Below, in pieces: positions 50,711 through 64,000 of a stretch of DNA of 64,000 bases. The first letter of the stretch is position 1, and each line of letters opens with the position of its first letter. The notes beneath the pieces are model-generated. The model saw nothing but the letters and a program-made list of their open reading frames with translations, was not told the DNA's origin and did not search any database. Origin of the DNA: Eledone cirrhosa (Eukaryota); contig OZ024753.1 in NCBI GenBank assembly GCA_964016885.1, forward strand, positions 21,204,001-21,268,000, given 5' to 3'. The position numbers and the translations under genes were made by a program.

Positions 50711-53700
50711 CTGTCAGACAGTGTAGACGTGTTTGTTTGAGTTTCGCAAAGCGGTATATTTTCTGTTTTATTTTCATTTGTATTGATTGTTATATTTTTT
50801 AAAAGCTCATAAAACTTCTGTGTTTGCTCTGAGAAGGGGAGATGTTATAATATTTGGACCTTTTTAAAAAACGAAAAACATGGCAGAGCAACGCCCCCAC
50901 AAAAGAATGATTAACGACACCAATAACAACAACACCAACAACAATGACAACACCACCAACAACAACAGAACCGGTCACACAGACAACAAAAACACTTTTG
51001 CTACAGCAGCAGCCAAAAGGAGGCCATGCTTTACCATGGACCTCAGTGAAAAAGATAAAAAGTTGGCCCAGGCCTGGAAGCCCATCAAACAAGAGCCAGC
51101 ATGGGCCAACTTAAATGTCCCAGCAGAAGCCATAGAAGCAGAGGAGAGGAGAATGGTGCAGTTTAGATGCATTTCAGTGCAGACAAAAAAGCGTCAAACT
51201 TCACAGGTCAAAATTGAAGCTGTGTTGAGCTGCATCAGGGATGACACTGAGTACATAGTGAGGGACAGACAATATAACACCCTTTTGGTGCTTTTTAAGT
51301 CAGAAGCCATGGGAAAAAGAACAGTGAGAGTCCACATTCCCAGGATTCCCCCAAGTGTGAGTCACATGAGGTGACTCCTGGGATGCGTGATTGTGGAGGG
51401 GACAGATACCATCCTGATCAAGGAAATGAGAATAGCCAAGGATGACTGGTCTGGGATTGATCTGGAGATACTTCTCCAGATCAGGCCTGAAGATATGAGA
51501 AAAATCCGAGACACCACACCCACAACAAACACAGACACACCCAAAACAACACCAACAAAACTATCACCTCCACAATCCCCCAAACGCAAACAACCACAAC
51601 AACAACAAAACAAAACGCACAACTTCATGCTATTACGAAGGGCTAACAAGGATTTGATGGCCCTGATAGTATGAAGGCAAGACATAGAAAAGGAAGGGGA
51701 AATATTTGGCACCAGCACATTTCACGTATCTGAGGATCTATCGATGGTAAGTATGTCACTTGATGCATACAAAGAGATCAGAAAGAGCTTTCCTGAGGAC
51801 ATGGGAGTCCCAAATATGAAGCCTACTTCAAGACTCTTAACAGGGTTCCCAAAGGAAACCCCACCAAACATGGAGGTCGAACCACCCAACCTCCACAAGC
51901 ACCTGGGAAGTAAGTAAACTTTTCCTCTCTCTCCTTTAATCTACCAATATGGCAACCCTAAGAGTAGGCTGCATAAATGTCCGTGGCCTGTGGTCACCCT
52001 GGAAGCAGGCTCGCCTGTTCAATGGCCTCAGGTTTCTAGATATGGATGTGATTGCCATCAGTGAGACCAGGATTTCCGACATGGGCGCACTAGCCCCCAT
52101 TTCCAATGACTATCAGATCTTTGCATCTCTTAGTCAGCTGGGAATGGGACATAGAGTGACAGTGCTGTTTAGGAAAGGCCTGGATCTCAAGGTAAAGTCA
52201 ATCTTCTGAGACCCAGATGGTAAGTTGGTGGTCCTGGACATGAACAATAGCAATGGTGATGCCTTCAGACTAGTGGCTGTATAAGCCCTGACCAGAGCTG
52301 GATGGCCAGACTTCTTTAGGTGCCAGGAAACCTTTCTGGGAAGTCTCACCCTTTACAGTTAGCTGGGGACTGGAACGGCATCATAGATGCATGCAGGGAT
52401 TGTGCGGGAGTAGCTAATAGGAGCAGAGGTGCAAAAGCCTCAAGTATCTGATCAACAAGTTCCAACTGTCTGACAGGTACCAACTATTATTCCCTAATGT
52501 GGACCTGGACCAACCACATAGGGTCATCTAGATCATATATAGATATGTTCTTCATTAGGGAAATAAATAAGGATAGTGTAGGCTGCCCATGTTTTAAAAC
52601 GGTCGCCTATTCAGATCACAAGTTTGTGATCTGTGTGGTTGACCACAACACATGTTAGGACCTGGGTACTGAAAGCTGAACATGTCAGTTCCAGCAAGTA
52701 AGGCTTACAGGGACCAGGTCAACAATTTAGTTATTAGTAGCGTTAGAGAAAAATAGAAAGAAGAGGGAGTTAGTAACCAAGTTAGACAAGGCAGTTTGTA
52801 GTGGCATTGCAACTGATGTGTTAGCAGCAAGAATGGTATTAAACTATTTATTCATTATTTATGCATTGTCAGAGTTAAGGTGCATGCTCTAAGAAATGAG
52901 GGAACCAAAGCTGTTTGATTGGCCTGCGTGGCAAAGGCAGTGTGGTAACAAAACCACAATTCAGTCTTTGATGGACTAAGACAGATGCGAGCTGAATGAT
53001 TCCAGGCAGATGTGTGAGGCCTTTTGCTAGCACTTTTGCTCGGTTGTTCAGGGTGAGTGGAGGGTCAGAGATGGTGGAGGACTTCAGTTCCTACCTCAAA
53101 CGGCCGATGCTGAGTGCTGTGAAAGGCCAATAACTTCAGCCAAAATTTGGGGTGCCCTAGTTAGCTGTATGAGGCGCAAGTCACCCGGTTTGAATGGTCT
53201 GCCCTGTGAGCTTTACGTAAATATGCCAGACTTTTTCTCTGATCTCCTCGAACTGCTCTACTGTAATTGGCAACAGAATGGGAGTATTCCCAGGGCTTAG
53301 TGATGCTGATGAGAAAAGACGAGAAAAAGAGGTACATGTTAGACAACTTCAGGCCCATAACTCTGCTAAACACAGAGTTTAAAATTTTGGCCAAGGTGTT
53401 AGCGAAGAAATTGGCACTTGTCTTCAAGGATTTGGTAGGGGAAGTGCAAACTTGTGCAATCCCGACCAGACCCATACACAACAACCTCTACCTCATGTGA
53501 TATATTATAGAGAGGGTAGGGTGTATACCTGGCTTTGATGGGGCTCTGATCAATTTAGATCAATCAAAAGCTTTCAATAGGGTCGACCATCTATACCTGG
53601 AAGCTGTCCTCAAGGCTTCAGTCACATCTTCAGAGGCTGGATCACTGCAATGCACAGCAGCAGCATCTGCTCGGTGATCAAAGTTAATGGGTATCTTTCA

Positions 53701-55284
53701 GAACTATTTCAGATCTCCCGATCAGTCTGTCAAGGGTGACCTAATCCCTCCCTTCTGTACATATTGAATCTTGAGCCTTTGCTGTGAAAGCTAGAGCTGT
53801 TGCAGGGCATCCCACTCGAACCAGGTTACAGAAAGGCTGTGTCGGCTTATGCGGACGACATCACCGTGATGGTGTCGAACAGCTCAGAAATCGAGGTAAT
53901 CAGCGCCTTATTGGAGGAAAGGCTGACAGGAGTGAATCTTAATCCGGAAAAGTCAGTGGGTGGGCTTGCAGCTCAGTACCTGGAGAGGCAAGTCCATGCC
54001 ATCCAACAGCATCGTGAGGTGCTGGACGGATGGACGAGTAAAGTTACTCAGGGTTTGGTACAGACCAGACCTCCAGGTGAATAAGAATTGGAATGATGCT
54101 ATGATCAGGATAACCACTCTCACCCAGAAATGGGCCGAGAGGAAGCTGTCCCTGAAAGGTCGGGTGATGATGGGGAATGCATACATCACGTACGCCATCT
54201 ACTGCCTGACCATTGTGCCTTGTCCCTCGTTCACGCCTTGCCAAATTGGAGCAGCGCCTCTTCAACTTCTTGTCAAGGGGACAGGTTCCATTGGTTAGGT
54301 GGTCCATCTGCTGCCAGAACCCTCTACACGGAGGGCTGGACATGCTGAGGCAAATGATATCCAAACATGTGCTGAGCGCCTGGCATCTGGAATGTTGCCA
54401 GGCACTCACTACCAGGTGGGCAATGTGGTCAATGGAACTTCTACTCTCGAGTTCTATAAAGGTGGGCAAGTGTGACAACACAGAGCCTTTCTGTGTCAAC
54501 CAAGTAGAACTGACCAGTCTGTTCCGGAGCACTTTCAAGCAGGGGACTATGGAAAACTTCCAGAAATCCCTCGCTTGGCAGTACTACCTGGGGGCACTGC
54601 CAGTTTGAGATAAACTCTACAGGCACGGAAGGGCTGTCAGACGGACCAGCCCGAGATGCGCGCAGAATAGCGAAACAGTTCTGCATGCACTCATCCAGTA
54701 TTCATGCATTGCTGACTTGTGGAGTCATGTCGACCAGCTGCTGTCACGTGCAGAATGGATCCAGCTATGGACCAAGTCCATAGGGAAGATCGACCCGTCA
54801 TCTTCTTTTGGTCAGGAAGGGCAGGCATTTTACTCTGTCTGGTAGCCGTTGCGAAAGAGGTTATATGGTGGACCAGGTTGAAAGGACTGAAGACAGACAC
54901 TTTTCTCTTTGGTCAATCTTTCATCAACTTTTTCAAGTTTTGCTTGGAAAGGAAGGTAAGGGTGGAGAGTGCGCCTCAGTACATTTGCTAAAAGGTGGGT
55001 GAATGTGGCAAGAATGGCCCTACTCTGAGCGTGTGCTTATAGACTTGTTAATTTGAGAAGCAGAGGGATGCTCTTCCCGAGTGCCCACAAAGCATCGGGT
55101 TGTTCAGGATTGGTGAGTTACCTGAGTCGACCCTGGATGGCTATCCCCCTTGTTCGGGAACTTTGTTGTTTGTAATTTTCTTGTTTATTGTTATTGTTTT
55201 TATATTTTTTACTTGATTTTTGTGTAAAATCCCCACTGTCCCCATCTATTGTAGTGTCCCCTTGTGACCAATAAATGAAACAAC

Positions 55285-55316
<32 letters not shown>

Positions 55317-55326
55317 TATTATTATT
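50711..55326 (+). mobile_element. Older full-span Tx1-type LINE copy, heavily mutated
   Basis: ORF1 remnants 50880-51913, ORF2 from 51949 (CINVRGL, FRPITLLNTEFKILAKVLA, YADD); (ATT)n tail; homologous to 42131-47945. Confidence 0.92.
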
Positions 55327-55500
55327 AAGGACGGTGCTATGTAGCATAGAGTTACGTCCCTTTACAGTCTGAGTTCAAATCCCACCGAGGTTTACTTTGC
55401 CTTTCATCCTTACGGGGTCGATAAAATAAAGTACCAGTAATACACTGGAATAATTGCTGGCCTTGTGCCTATAGTAGAAATCATTATTATTATTATTATT
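55327..55500 (+). mobile_element. tRNA-derived SINE directly after the Tx1 tail
   Basis: B-box, core, tail GTAGAAATCATTATT. Confidence 0.85.
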
Positions 55501-55967
55501 CCTGGGAGGTTTGGAGTGGAAGGGTCCTCAAATACTCCTTCCAGCGAGTCCTGTCAGAAGCAATCGCAAGGTAGAGAGAATACTTGAGATGTATACAAGG
55601 TGGACCTGGGAGCGATGACTAACCCCATAGAGGCTGAGGTCACAAGACCAAACAGCTGAAATGTGGCAAGGCCACTGGTATGGATGACATTGACCGAAGA
55701 TATTAAAAACCTTAGAGAAGGTATTCTCTGGCTGACTTATGTGTGCCATGTGGCCTGGATCTCTGGAAAGACACCTAAGAAATCACAATTGATTGGCTAA
55801 AATCATAATGACTAATCCATAATTTATTAATTCATCTCCTGCTGCCCATCTTTCTAAGTTACTTTTTTTAAATTAGAAAATTTAAAAGCTTGACACTACG
55901 TACATCCTCTTTATCTTATGCAAATACTCGTCTTACTATATGCTAGCGTGGAAGATGGACGTTAAAC

Positions 55968-56005
<38 letters not shown>

Positions 56006-56319
56006 CATTGGTTATTCAGAAGTAAGCACAATTCCCATTACCCTTTCCAGAGCCTCTAACACTGGTTGGAGAGGAAGGAAGTAGATATACAGGAAACCTG
56101 TCCAGAATAATTGAAATCTGCTTAAGTCAGCCAAGTGCCAAGTGATGGGGTTAAATCATTTGAGGGATGACATCTAGCATGTAAGTGAACCTTAGTGGGA
56201 TTTGAATAACTTGATCACACTGGCTTTAGTGAGTTGTATTTAATCCTTTTTTTTTTTTACATAAAAAGTTTATTTCAAATACTAAAGGGTCTTTGGGGTA
56301 ATATTATTTGATAAAGTAC

Positions 56320-56592
56320 TAGCTCGGGGATCAGAAAGTGGCTCCAGGTAAAGCCACTATTTCTCCAAATTGAGAGATACTAGCTTCGATACTATGGGTA
56401 TGTGATTAGAATATCTCAGGAAAGAATTGCTGGGCAGATTTTATGGGCAAAACAAACTGGCAGGAGACCCAGGGGTAGACCTCGAGCAAGATGGTTGGAT
56501 AACATCCATGAGCTCAGGATCCAGCCGGATCAGCTGGAAACAGTTGCTTTTGACTTGCTAGGAGACAAGTGGATGAAGAAGAAAAAGAAGAA
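56320..56592 (+). mobile_element. RTE-like LINE 3' fragment
   Basis: RYYGYVIR..GRRPRGRPRARWLDNI; (AAG)n end. Confidence 0.65.
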
Positions 56593-57334
56593 TTAAATTT
56601 GCAAAATTGTTTGCCTACCATTTTATAATTTACATTTATTTTTATTCTCCCGGTGTTTTTTTTTCCCCAATAATAGGGATTCTAAGTTTATTAACATTTG
56701 AATGCCACAACTTTACTTTTAGTTGATAAAGTTTTCATCTATCAACTGTAATTTCTAGAATTACTTGACTGGTTTCAATATAAGGAGCTGGATTCATGGT
56801 GAAGCAAGTCTAAAATTACTTGACTGGCTTCATTATAAGAAGCTTGGTTAGTGGTGAAGCAAGCCTAATAAATTACTGTAGGAGATTAAGTTAACTGAAA
56901 GCAGTTTGCTGTATGTTGGGAGATTTGCTGTAATTACCACAACCCTTTTAAAGCTATTAAAGCTAGATCTAAATTGACAGAGTCATTAAAACATTGGATA
57001 GAATGCAGCTTTCTGCTCTCTGAGTTCAAATCTGACTAAGGTCAACTTTGCATTTCATCCTTTCCAGGTCGATAAAATAAGTACCAGTCTAGTACTTGGT
57101 TGATACTTCTTCTATATTTCTTTTTCACTTCCTTTCTTGCACTCTCTATCTTTCTCCGGAAAAGCTGGAGAAGAGATGGGCACCACTTAGGTATAAAAAA
57201 TCCATAGAAATACTGTTATGTCAATATGGTGTCTCTACAACTCCCTCAGGAGTTACAGGACCCTACAATGTAAGAATGCTATGGTAGCCTTGTGTTATTG
57301 CAACATTTAAATGTATGTAAATGACAGTAAGGAT

Positions 57335-58282
57335 TTACAGCATAATATAGAGTTACATCCCTTTACTTTCTGAGTTCAAATTCCTCTGTCGGTAGTTTTC
57401 CTTTTATCCTTACAGGGTTGATAAAGTAAAGTACCAGTAATACACTGGGATAATTGCTGGCCTTGTGCCAAAAGTAGAAACAATTATTATTATTAGGGTG
57501 GTGAATTGGCAGTATCAGTAGGCTTGATTTAAACGACTTCTCCCTTTCCCTTCAAATTGTTGGCCTTGTGCCTAAATCTGAAACCATTATTATAATTATT
57601 ATTATTATTAGGGCGGTGAATTGGCAGTATCGGTAGAGGGTTGGACGCCATGCTTTCTAGCAGTGTTACGTCTCTTTACGGTTTGAGTTCAAATCCCGCT
57701 GAGGTTAACTTTGCCTTTCATCCTTACGGGGTCGATAAAATAAAGTACCAGTAATGTACTGGGTAATTGCTGGCCTAGTGCCTAAAGTAGAAACAATTAT
57801 TATTATTATTATTAGCACAGTAGATTGGCAGTATCAGTAGAGGGTCGAACGAGTTATGTGCCTTTAGGGTCTGAGTTCAAATCCCGCCGAGGTTAACTTT
57901 GCCTTTCATCTTTACGGGGTCAATAAAATAAAGTACCAGTAATATACTGGGATAATTGCTGGCCTTGTGCCAATTATTATTATTAGGGTGGTGAATTGGC
58001 AGTATCAGTAGAGTGTCGGACAACCTGCTTCGCAGCATAAAGTTGTGGCCCTTTACGTTCTGTGTTCAAACTCTGCTGAGGTTAGCTTTGCCTTTCACCC
58101 TTTTAGTCTATAAAATAAAGTACCAGTAACACACTGGGGTTGATTTAATCGACTTTCCCCATCCCAAAATTTGCTGGCCTTTAACTTTGCCTTTCATCCT
58201 TACGGGGTCAATAAAATAAAGTACCAGTAATGTACTGCAATAATTGCTGGCCTTGTGCCAAAAGTAGAAACAATTATTATTA
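57335..58282 (+). mobile_element. Tandem SINE array (~6 units separated by (ATT)n)
   Basis: Repeated heads, cores and tails. Confidence 0.9.
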
Positions 58283-58327
58283 CTGCTTTTACTATTTCTT
58301 TTCTTTTTCTTTCCTTTTCATTGTTAG

Positions 58328-58534
58328 AGTGCTTCACCAAGCAAAGTTGATGATGAAAGAAACTCTGGAAATGATAATTCTATCCCAAACTCTCCAAAAC
58401 AAACAGCCAGCACTGATAATCCAATGTTTCTAACAACGCCTCAATCACCCAAAGCAGACGACAAGGCGGCACCACATGTACAGTCTCCTGCATCTTCAAT
58501 TAAATATATTGATGAAGATGATACATCAAAGAAG
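58328..58534 (+). CDS. Host gene exon (Ser/Pro/Asp-rich cytoplasmic tail)
   Basis: Long pyrimidine tract and ttag| acceptor, AAG|gtaatt donor; 69 open codons, phase 0 to 0; SASPSKVDDERNSGNDNSIPNSPKQ..DEDDTSKK. Confidence 0.75.
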
Positions 58535-58734
58535 GTAATTTGTGCAGTAGGAATTCAGAAATTGTATCAACAACTCAGCACCTTTTCACTACATTTTCTT
58601 GTAGGCGAAGGGAGGAGGGGAAGAAAAAAAGAGCAATGTATTTATTTTACTTATTGTGTGTGTGTGTGTAAAGGAAAGCAATATATTTATTGCAATTGTT
58701 TGTGTGACCCTGGAGATCAACCGTAGATGTGGCC

Positions 58735-59270
58735 TGGCTGCTGGGGTCATGCACTCCCTATGGAAGCCCCTTTGGCGCCATTAATCAATCTCCCAGAAGT
58801 CAATGCTTTGGTCTTCAGCATTCTCCTTTATGGAGCAGAAACATGGCCTCTCACAAAGACCCTCGCAAAGTGGATTGACAGCTTTGATAGCTGAACCCTG
58901 AGGACCATCAAAAACATCAGATAAGACCACCACGTTTCTAACAAAGTGTTGCATGCATGCACACATCGGCCCACAGCTTCCCGTCTCATAGCTATCTGCT
59001 GCATGCACTGGTATGGAGACGTCCTCCACTTTCCACCAGTTCATCCTACCAGGGCCTTATTCTCATTTGACGCAGTGGCTGCAGGCTGGAAGAGGCCCCG
59101 TGGCAGGCGCCGCACCAGATGGATGGATATCATCAGGGAAGATCTCCGGAGGCTCAACATCACCTTGGAGGATGCAGAGGAGCTGGTTTGGGAACACTAA
59201 TGATGGAGGGCACTGGTTTTGTGATCACTGGCTTAGGATGACCCCGGCCTCATCGAGCAAGAGCAAGAAG
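58735..59270 (+). mobile_element. RTE-like LINE 3' fragment
   Basis: LLYGAETW, WYGDVL, WKRPRGRRRTRWMDII. Confidence 0.75.
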
Positions 59271-60070
59271 TGGTGTGTGTGAAGGAGAGCAATGTATATA
59301 TTTTATTAATAAAGTGTTGTAGTTTACTTGAAACATTGAGTATCTTTACTATGATAAAGGGAGCAGTGCGGGAGTGTGTCCTGTTTATAGTTTTTTTATC
59401 CCATTAGTAAAATAATTTGGATTACTTTGAATAAATAATGAATGAATATTACATAATTTATGTTCTAAATTTCGTAACTCTTGATTAAGCATAAATAATT
59501 TTATTGCTTATTCCAAGATTTACTTCTTTTAAAAATTTCAAATTTCAATTTCTGGTATAAACATTTTGCCATAAAAGCAGGTTCATTAGCATGGCTAGGA
59601 TGTTGTATGTATAATAATGAAAATTATTGTGTACAGCACTCAGGTGCATTATAACTGTTGTTGTTTGATTTTATAAAATTAGTATCAATATACCTAATCA
59701 CTATCAACTTCAACCACCACCACCACTTAACTACCATATATATAGACAGAGTGAGAAAGAAAGAGAGAGAGATTGTGTGTGAGTGTATGAAAAGAGATAG
59801 ATATATACTAGAATTTTTGTTTTCATACGCGTCTACCACTGTTGTTATGACTACTTCATACTACTCCTCTCTCCCTATGTGTGATGTATGAAATAGCAGA
59901 CAATCATACATTTATATCTATGACTATATGAATATAATCATGCAAAAACAGACACACTTACAAAAATACACACTCACAGACATACATTCACACATTCTAA
60001 AGTGGTAATAGGTATGCTATATTTTTATCGCTATATCACATCGCTTATATATCATTATATATATATAAAC

Positions 60071-60260
60071 AGGGCGGGAGATTGGCAGTATCAGTAGAAG
60101 GTCGGACGCCATGCTTTCCAGCATAGTTACGTCCCTTTACAGTCTGAGTTCAAATCCTGCCAAGGTGAACTTTGCCTTTCATCCTTACGGGGTAGATAAA
60201 ATAAAGTACCAGTAATGCACTGGGTAATTGCTGGCCTTGTGCCAAAAGTAGAAACAATTA
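60071..60260 (+). mobile_element. tRNA-derived SINE
   Basis: A/B boxes, core and tail. Confidence 0.9.
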
Positions 60261-60288
60261 TATATATATAAACGTATTATATTTCCAA

Positions 60289-63200
60289 TCTATCATTTAT
60301 TTCAAAGATTTCTTTTCTCCATGTCAGCTTTATTTTTTTTCGTTTTAACATATATTGATTTCACTGTGGGGATAACATATATATTCATATATACATGACA
60401 GAAAGTGAACATGGGACACAGAAAACATTTCTCATCTAAATCTCAACGTTTGGCAGCAAATGCACAACAGCAAAGAGAGACGAGGGCAAATCAATCAAAT
60501 AATAATCGCTCTACAACATCCCAACAAATTTCTACAAATGTAGTTCAGTTAACACACCAACAACTTACAACAAATACACCAAACGTTCAGAGAGGAAGGA
60601 ATAGGTCAATTGAAGGTCTGGCAAAGAATCCTACAGACGAACCTTTCCAGGAGCAAACTGTTCTTTCCATAATGTTAAAACATAATGCAGGGAGTCTCTT
60701 TGCTGCTGTTTGTCCACACTGCAAAGCTTATAGATGGCCACATGAACCCAAATATACTGAAATAATTTGATTTCACTCAAGCAGGAAATTCTTTTGTACA
60801 TAAGATACATGCATATGACAATGTGCTTGCCTTAGCTTCAATTGGTTGCAAAGAGATGAATGTGGTTTGAAACATGGGAAAGCCATCACAGTAACAACTA
60901 ACCCTAACTGGGATTAAATAAAAAATAGTCTGCACCCTGGTGAAGAACCTAGGGACCATCCTGATATTTGTGCAAGATTCTTCAGCAAGATTCTTCTGAC
61001 AGCCTCATGAGTGACATACTGAAAAAAAATGTTCTAGGAAAAGTTGTGACTCATTCTGCTACAATAAAGTGGGCAGAAACAAGGCTTCATTCATGCTCAT
61101 ATTCTGCTGATAATGGCTGAATATAGCAAACCCAAAACTGCTGATGCCATTGGTCAGGTAGTGTATTGTGAGATTCCTGATAAAGAGACCAATCCAATTC
61201 TGCATAAGATCATCACATCCTGCAACATTCATGGCCCATGTGGACAAGCTAATATGATGTGCTCATGTATGGAAGGGCTAGGACAACAACGCCATTGCTC
61301 AAAAAGTAATCCCAAGGCATTCAGACAAACCACATTTGTTGTTGAAAATTTCTTTGCGGAGTATAGAAGAAGGTATAGACCACGTTGTGGTCACACCCAC
61401 ACAATCCAACTTAAAGGTCAAGAATTTACTGTTGGATTGTTCCATACAAGCCTTTCCTCTCATTGAGATATCAGTGTCACATCAATTGTGAGGTTGTCTG
61501 CAGTGTCAAGGCTGTTAAGTACTTATATAAGTACATTACAAAAGGATCAGACAAGATCACTTTCACTATTAAGGATGATCAAAGAAATTGTGACCATGCC
61601 CAAAATGAGATTGAGACCTATATCAATGCATGGTACATCTCAGCCAGTGAAGCATTCTGGAAAACCTATAAATTTCCATTACATCATCGGAAACCACCAG
61701 TTGAAAAGTTGCCTTGCCATTTACCTGGGGAACAAATGGTTGTGTATGAGCGAGGGCAGGAAGAAAGTATTGTTTCTAGGGGACATCCAATGACTAAGTT
61801 GACGGAGTATTTTCAACTGAATATTAAAAACCCACTGGCACAAAACATATTGTATATTGATATTCCTAAATATTTCTTTTGGACAAACAAAAAGTGGCAA
61901 AGAAGAAAAAAAGGACATCTGGATGGTGATCAACAATTTATGAGTGAATCTCTTGGACGCATTCCAACAGTATCTCTCAGTAGACATCAATCTGAATTAT
62001 ATTACCTCAGGATGATCCTACATCACAAGGCTGGGTCAACTTCATAAAAAGATTTGAGGACAATTGAAGGAGTTGAATTTCCACCTTCCAAGAAGCATGC
62101 AGGAAACTTGGTCTGTTGGATGAGGATGGGGAAAAAGACAAAGCTATGGAAGAAGCCTCATCCATTATGCTTGGTCCTCAGCTGTGAGAGATCTTCTGCA
62201 TCATTTTATTGTACTGCATGCCAAATGACCCTCTGCATTTCAGGGAGAAATGGAAGAATTACCATACATGAAAGTCATGAGCAAGTCATGTCCAAGCAAA
62301 CTGTGTAGATTGTTCTACCAACAAATAATGGGTTGGACATTCATGTCAACTATGGACTTCCTCGGCCAGACCCAACTATTGTTGCCATACCAGAAATCAA
62401 CAGGGTTCTTATGGCAGAAACTGATTTCAATACACATCAACTGCAAGCAACATAAATGAACTTCTGCCAACATTTAATCCTGAGCAACTGGTTATATTTC
62501 ACAAAGTAATCACCTCTGTAAATGAAAATGAAGGCAGAATTTTCTGCTTGAATGCAAGTGCAGGCACAGGAAAGACCTACCTCATAAACATCCTATTAGA
62601 TTACCTCCGATCTAAAAAAAATTGCACTTGCTACTGCTATATCTGGAATAGCAGCCACTTTGCTACACAAAGGTAGAACTCTTCATTCCAAGTGCAAGAT
62701 TCCTCTCAATATGACTGCTGAATCAACTTGCTTCTTCACAAAGAGGGATGCCACAGGTAAACTTATGCAGCAAGCTCTCATTGATGAGATAAGTATGGGA
62801 CATAAGCATATCTTCGAATGCCTTGACAGGAGCTTCAAGGATGTTTGAGATTGCAAAAAACCATTGGGTGGTCTAACAGTATTACTTTCTGGTAACTGGA
62901 AGCAAATTCTTCCAGTTGTACATCATGGTGCGGGATCACAAATAGTTGAGGCAACCATCAAGAGATCTTATCTCTGGGACTATGTTGAAACCATGGAGAT
63001 GACAACCAATCAACGGTTAATTAATGCAGGGGATTCTGATGAAAGACAGTTTGCCAACACAATTCTTCTCACATGGTCAGACGTATATTGCATTATCACG
63101 GGTTACAAAAAAAGAAAATATAAAAATATTAAATGAAAGGGGTCTGTTTGCTGACAACTGTGTCTACAAAGAAATTCTACAGTGATGTGAAACAGCCATC

Positions 63201-63611
63201 ACTCTGAAACGCATTTCAATTTCTTTTTAATTGCTAAAACAACAATATAGCAAGGTCAACTCTTCATATTGGTAAATGTAATTCATTCATTCATACCAGC
63301 AGCATCTATTTTCAAATTCACTGCTTGAAACTTCCCATTGGCATTCTCAAGTGAAGATTCATGAACATTTTCCGTCAACAGTTTCATCGCTTTTCCATCT
63401 CCATTATCGCCTTTTTTTAAAATGTATCATGGATTACTTTACTGATTATGGAAGTAAGTGTAACACAGTCTTTGTTCAGTTTATGTGCATATTGTCAATT
63501 TACTTTTCAATTTACGTATCATATCTATATACATATATATTTGTGTATGATATCAATATTCACACTACATATGCCAGTAGAAAACCACCCGACAGTCGGT
63601 TCTTCTGCTAG
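60289..63611 (+). mobile_element. Helitron, decayed RepHel (5' end approximate)
   Basis: HUH motif HAHILL, IHGPCG, CHINCEV..KYLYKYITKG, Walker A ASAGTGKT, GRTLHS, IDEISM, GGL.VLLSG..QILPV; 3' hairpin CCGACAGTCGG then CTAG|T at 63608-63612. Confidence 0.88.
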
Positions 63612-63737
63612 TAATATATAATGTAGAAAATGGTTTGTTTTAAGAAAGCCAAGGCAATGTGAAATGGACAGTAGGCAATGAAGATGTCTGTGTCTTAACT
63701 GATAGATATTATTGATTTTTCTGTCTTAATATTTCAG

Positions 63738-63806
63738 GACTTAAAAATACTTTCCTCAGAGTGTGGGGAACTCACACAGTTAAATGTTCCGGTCTTGTTG
63801 CTTTGA
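63738..63806 (+). CDS. Possible terminal exon of the host membrane-protein gene
   Basis: tttcag| acceptor; phase 0 gives DLKILSSECGELTQLNVPVLLL*. Confidence 0.3.
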   Translation, partial: DLKILSSECGELTQLNVPVLLL

Positions 63807-64000
63807 TATGGTATGCATTGGTAACTGTTGGTCTTCCACAAACAACCTTTCCCAGAACTTGTGTCTTTCTAGATGTAAATCTCATGGTCATTTGTGACTG
63901 AAGGGGGTATTTAACCTTTTTTTTTTACATTGTCCAATACATCATTTTGGGATCGGGAGTTGTTAAGAGAGCAAGGAATTATTTAACCCTTTAGCATTCA

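Overview
AT-rich eukaryotic (animal) genomic DNA with no prokaryotic features. The repeat repertoire resembles a cephalopod/octopus genome, which is my inference only. Most of the window is decayed transposons: several RTE-clade LINE families (one with a PHD finger inside the RT), three Tx1-type L1 copies, Penelope-like elements (PLEs) of Naiad and Neptune type, a Gypsy gag/protease remnant, a CRE-clade RLE retrotransposon, a DD37D (maT) Tc1/mariner element, MITEs, a Helitron and >20 tRNA-derived SINEs. Hidden among them are three splice-phase-compatible exons (30784-30871, 38260-38383, 58328-58534; possible last exon 63738-63806) of a host single-pass membrane protein that the ORF track does not assemble. 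The most striking unannotated signal is about 15 minimal type-I hammerhead ribozyme (HHR) motifs from roughly 10 sequence families. They lie in PLE pseudo-LTRs and in small non-coding foldback or tandem elements (retrozyme-like). A second signal is an apparent shared 3' tail between the dominant SINE and the Tx1 LINE. All calls come from reading the sequence by eye; no searches were run.
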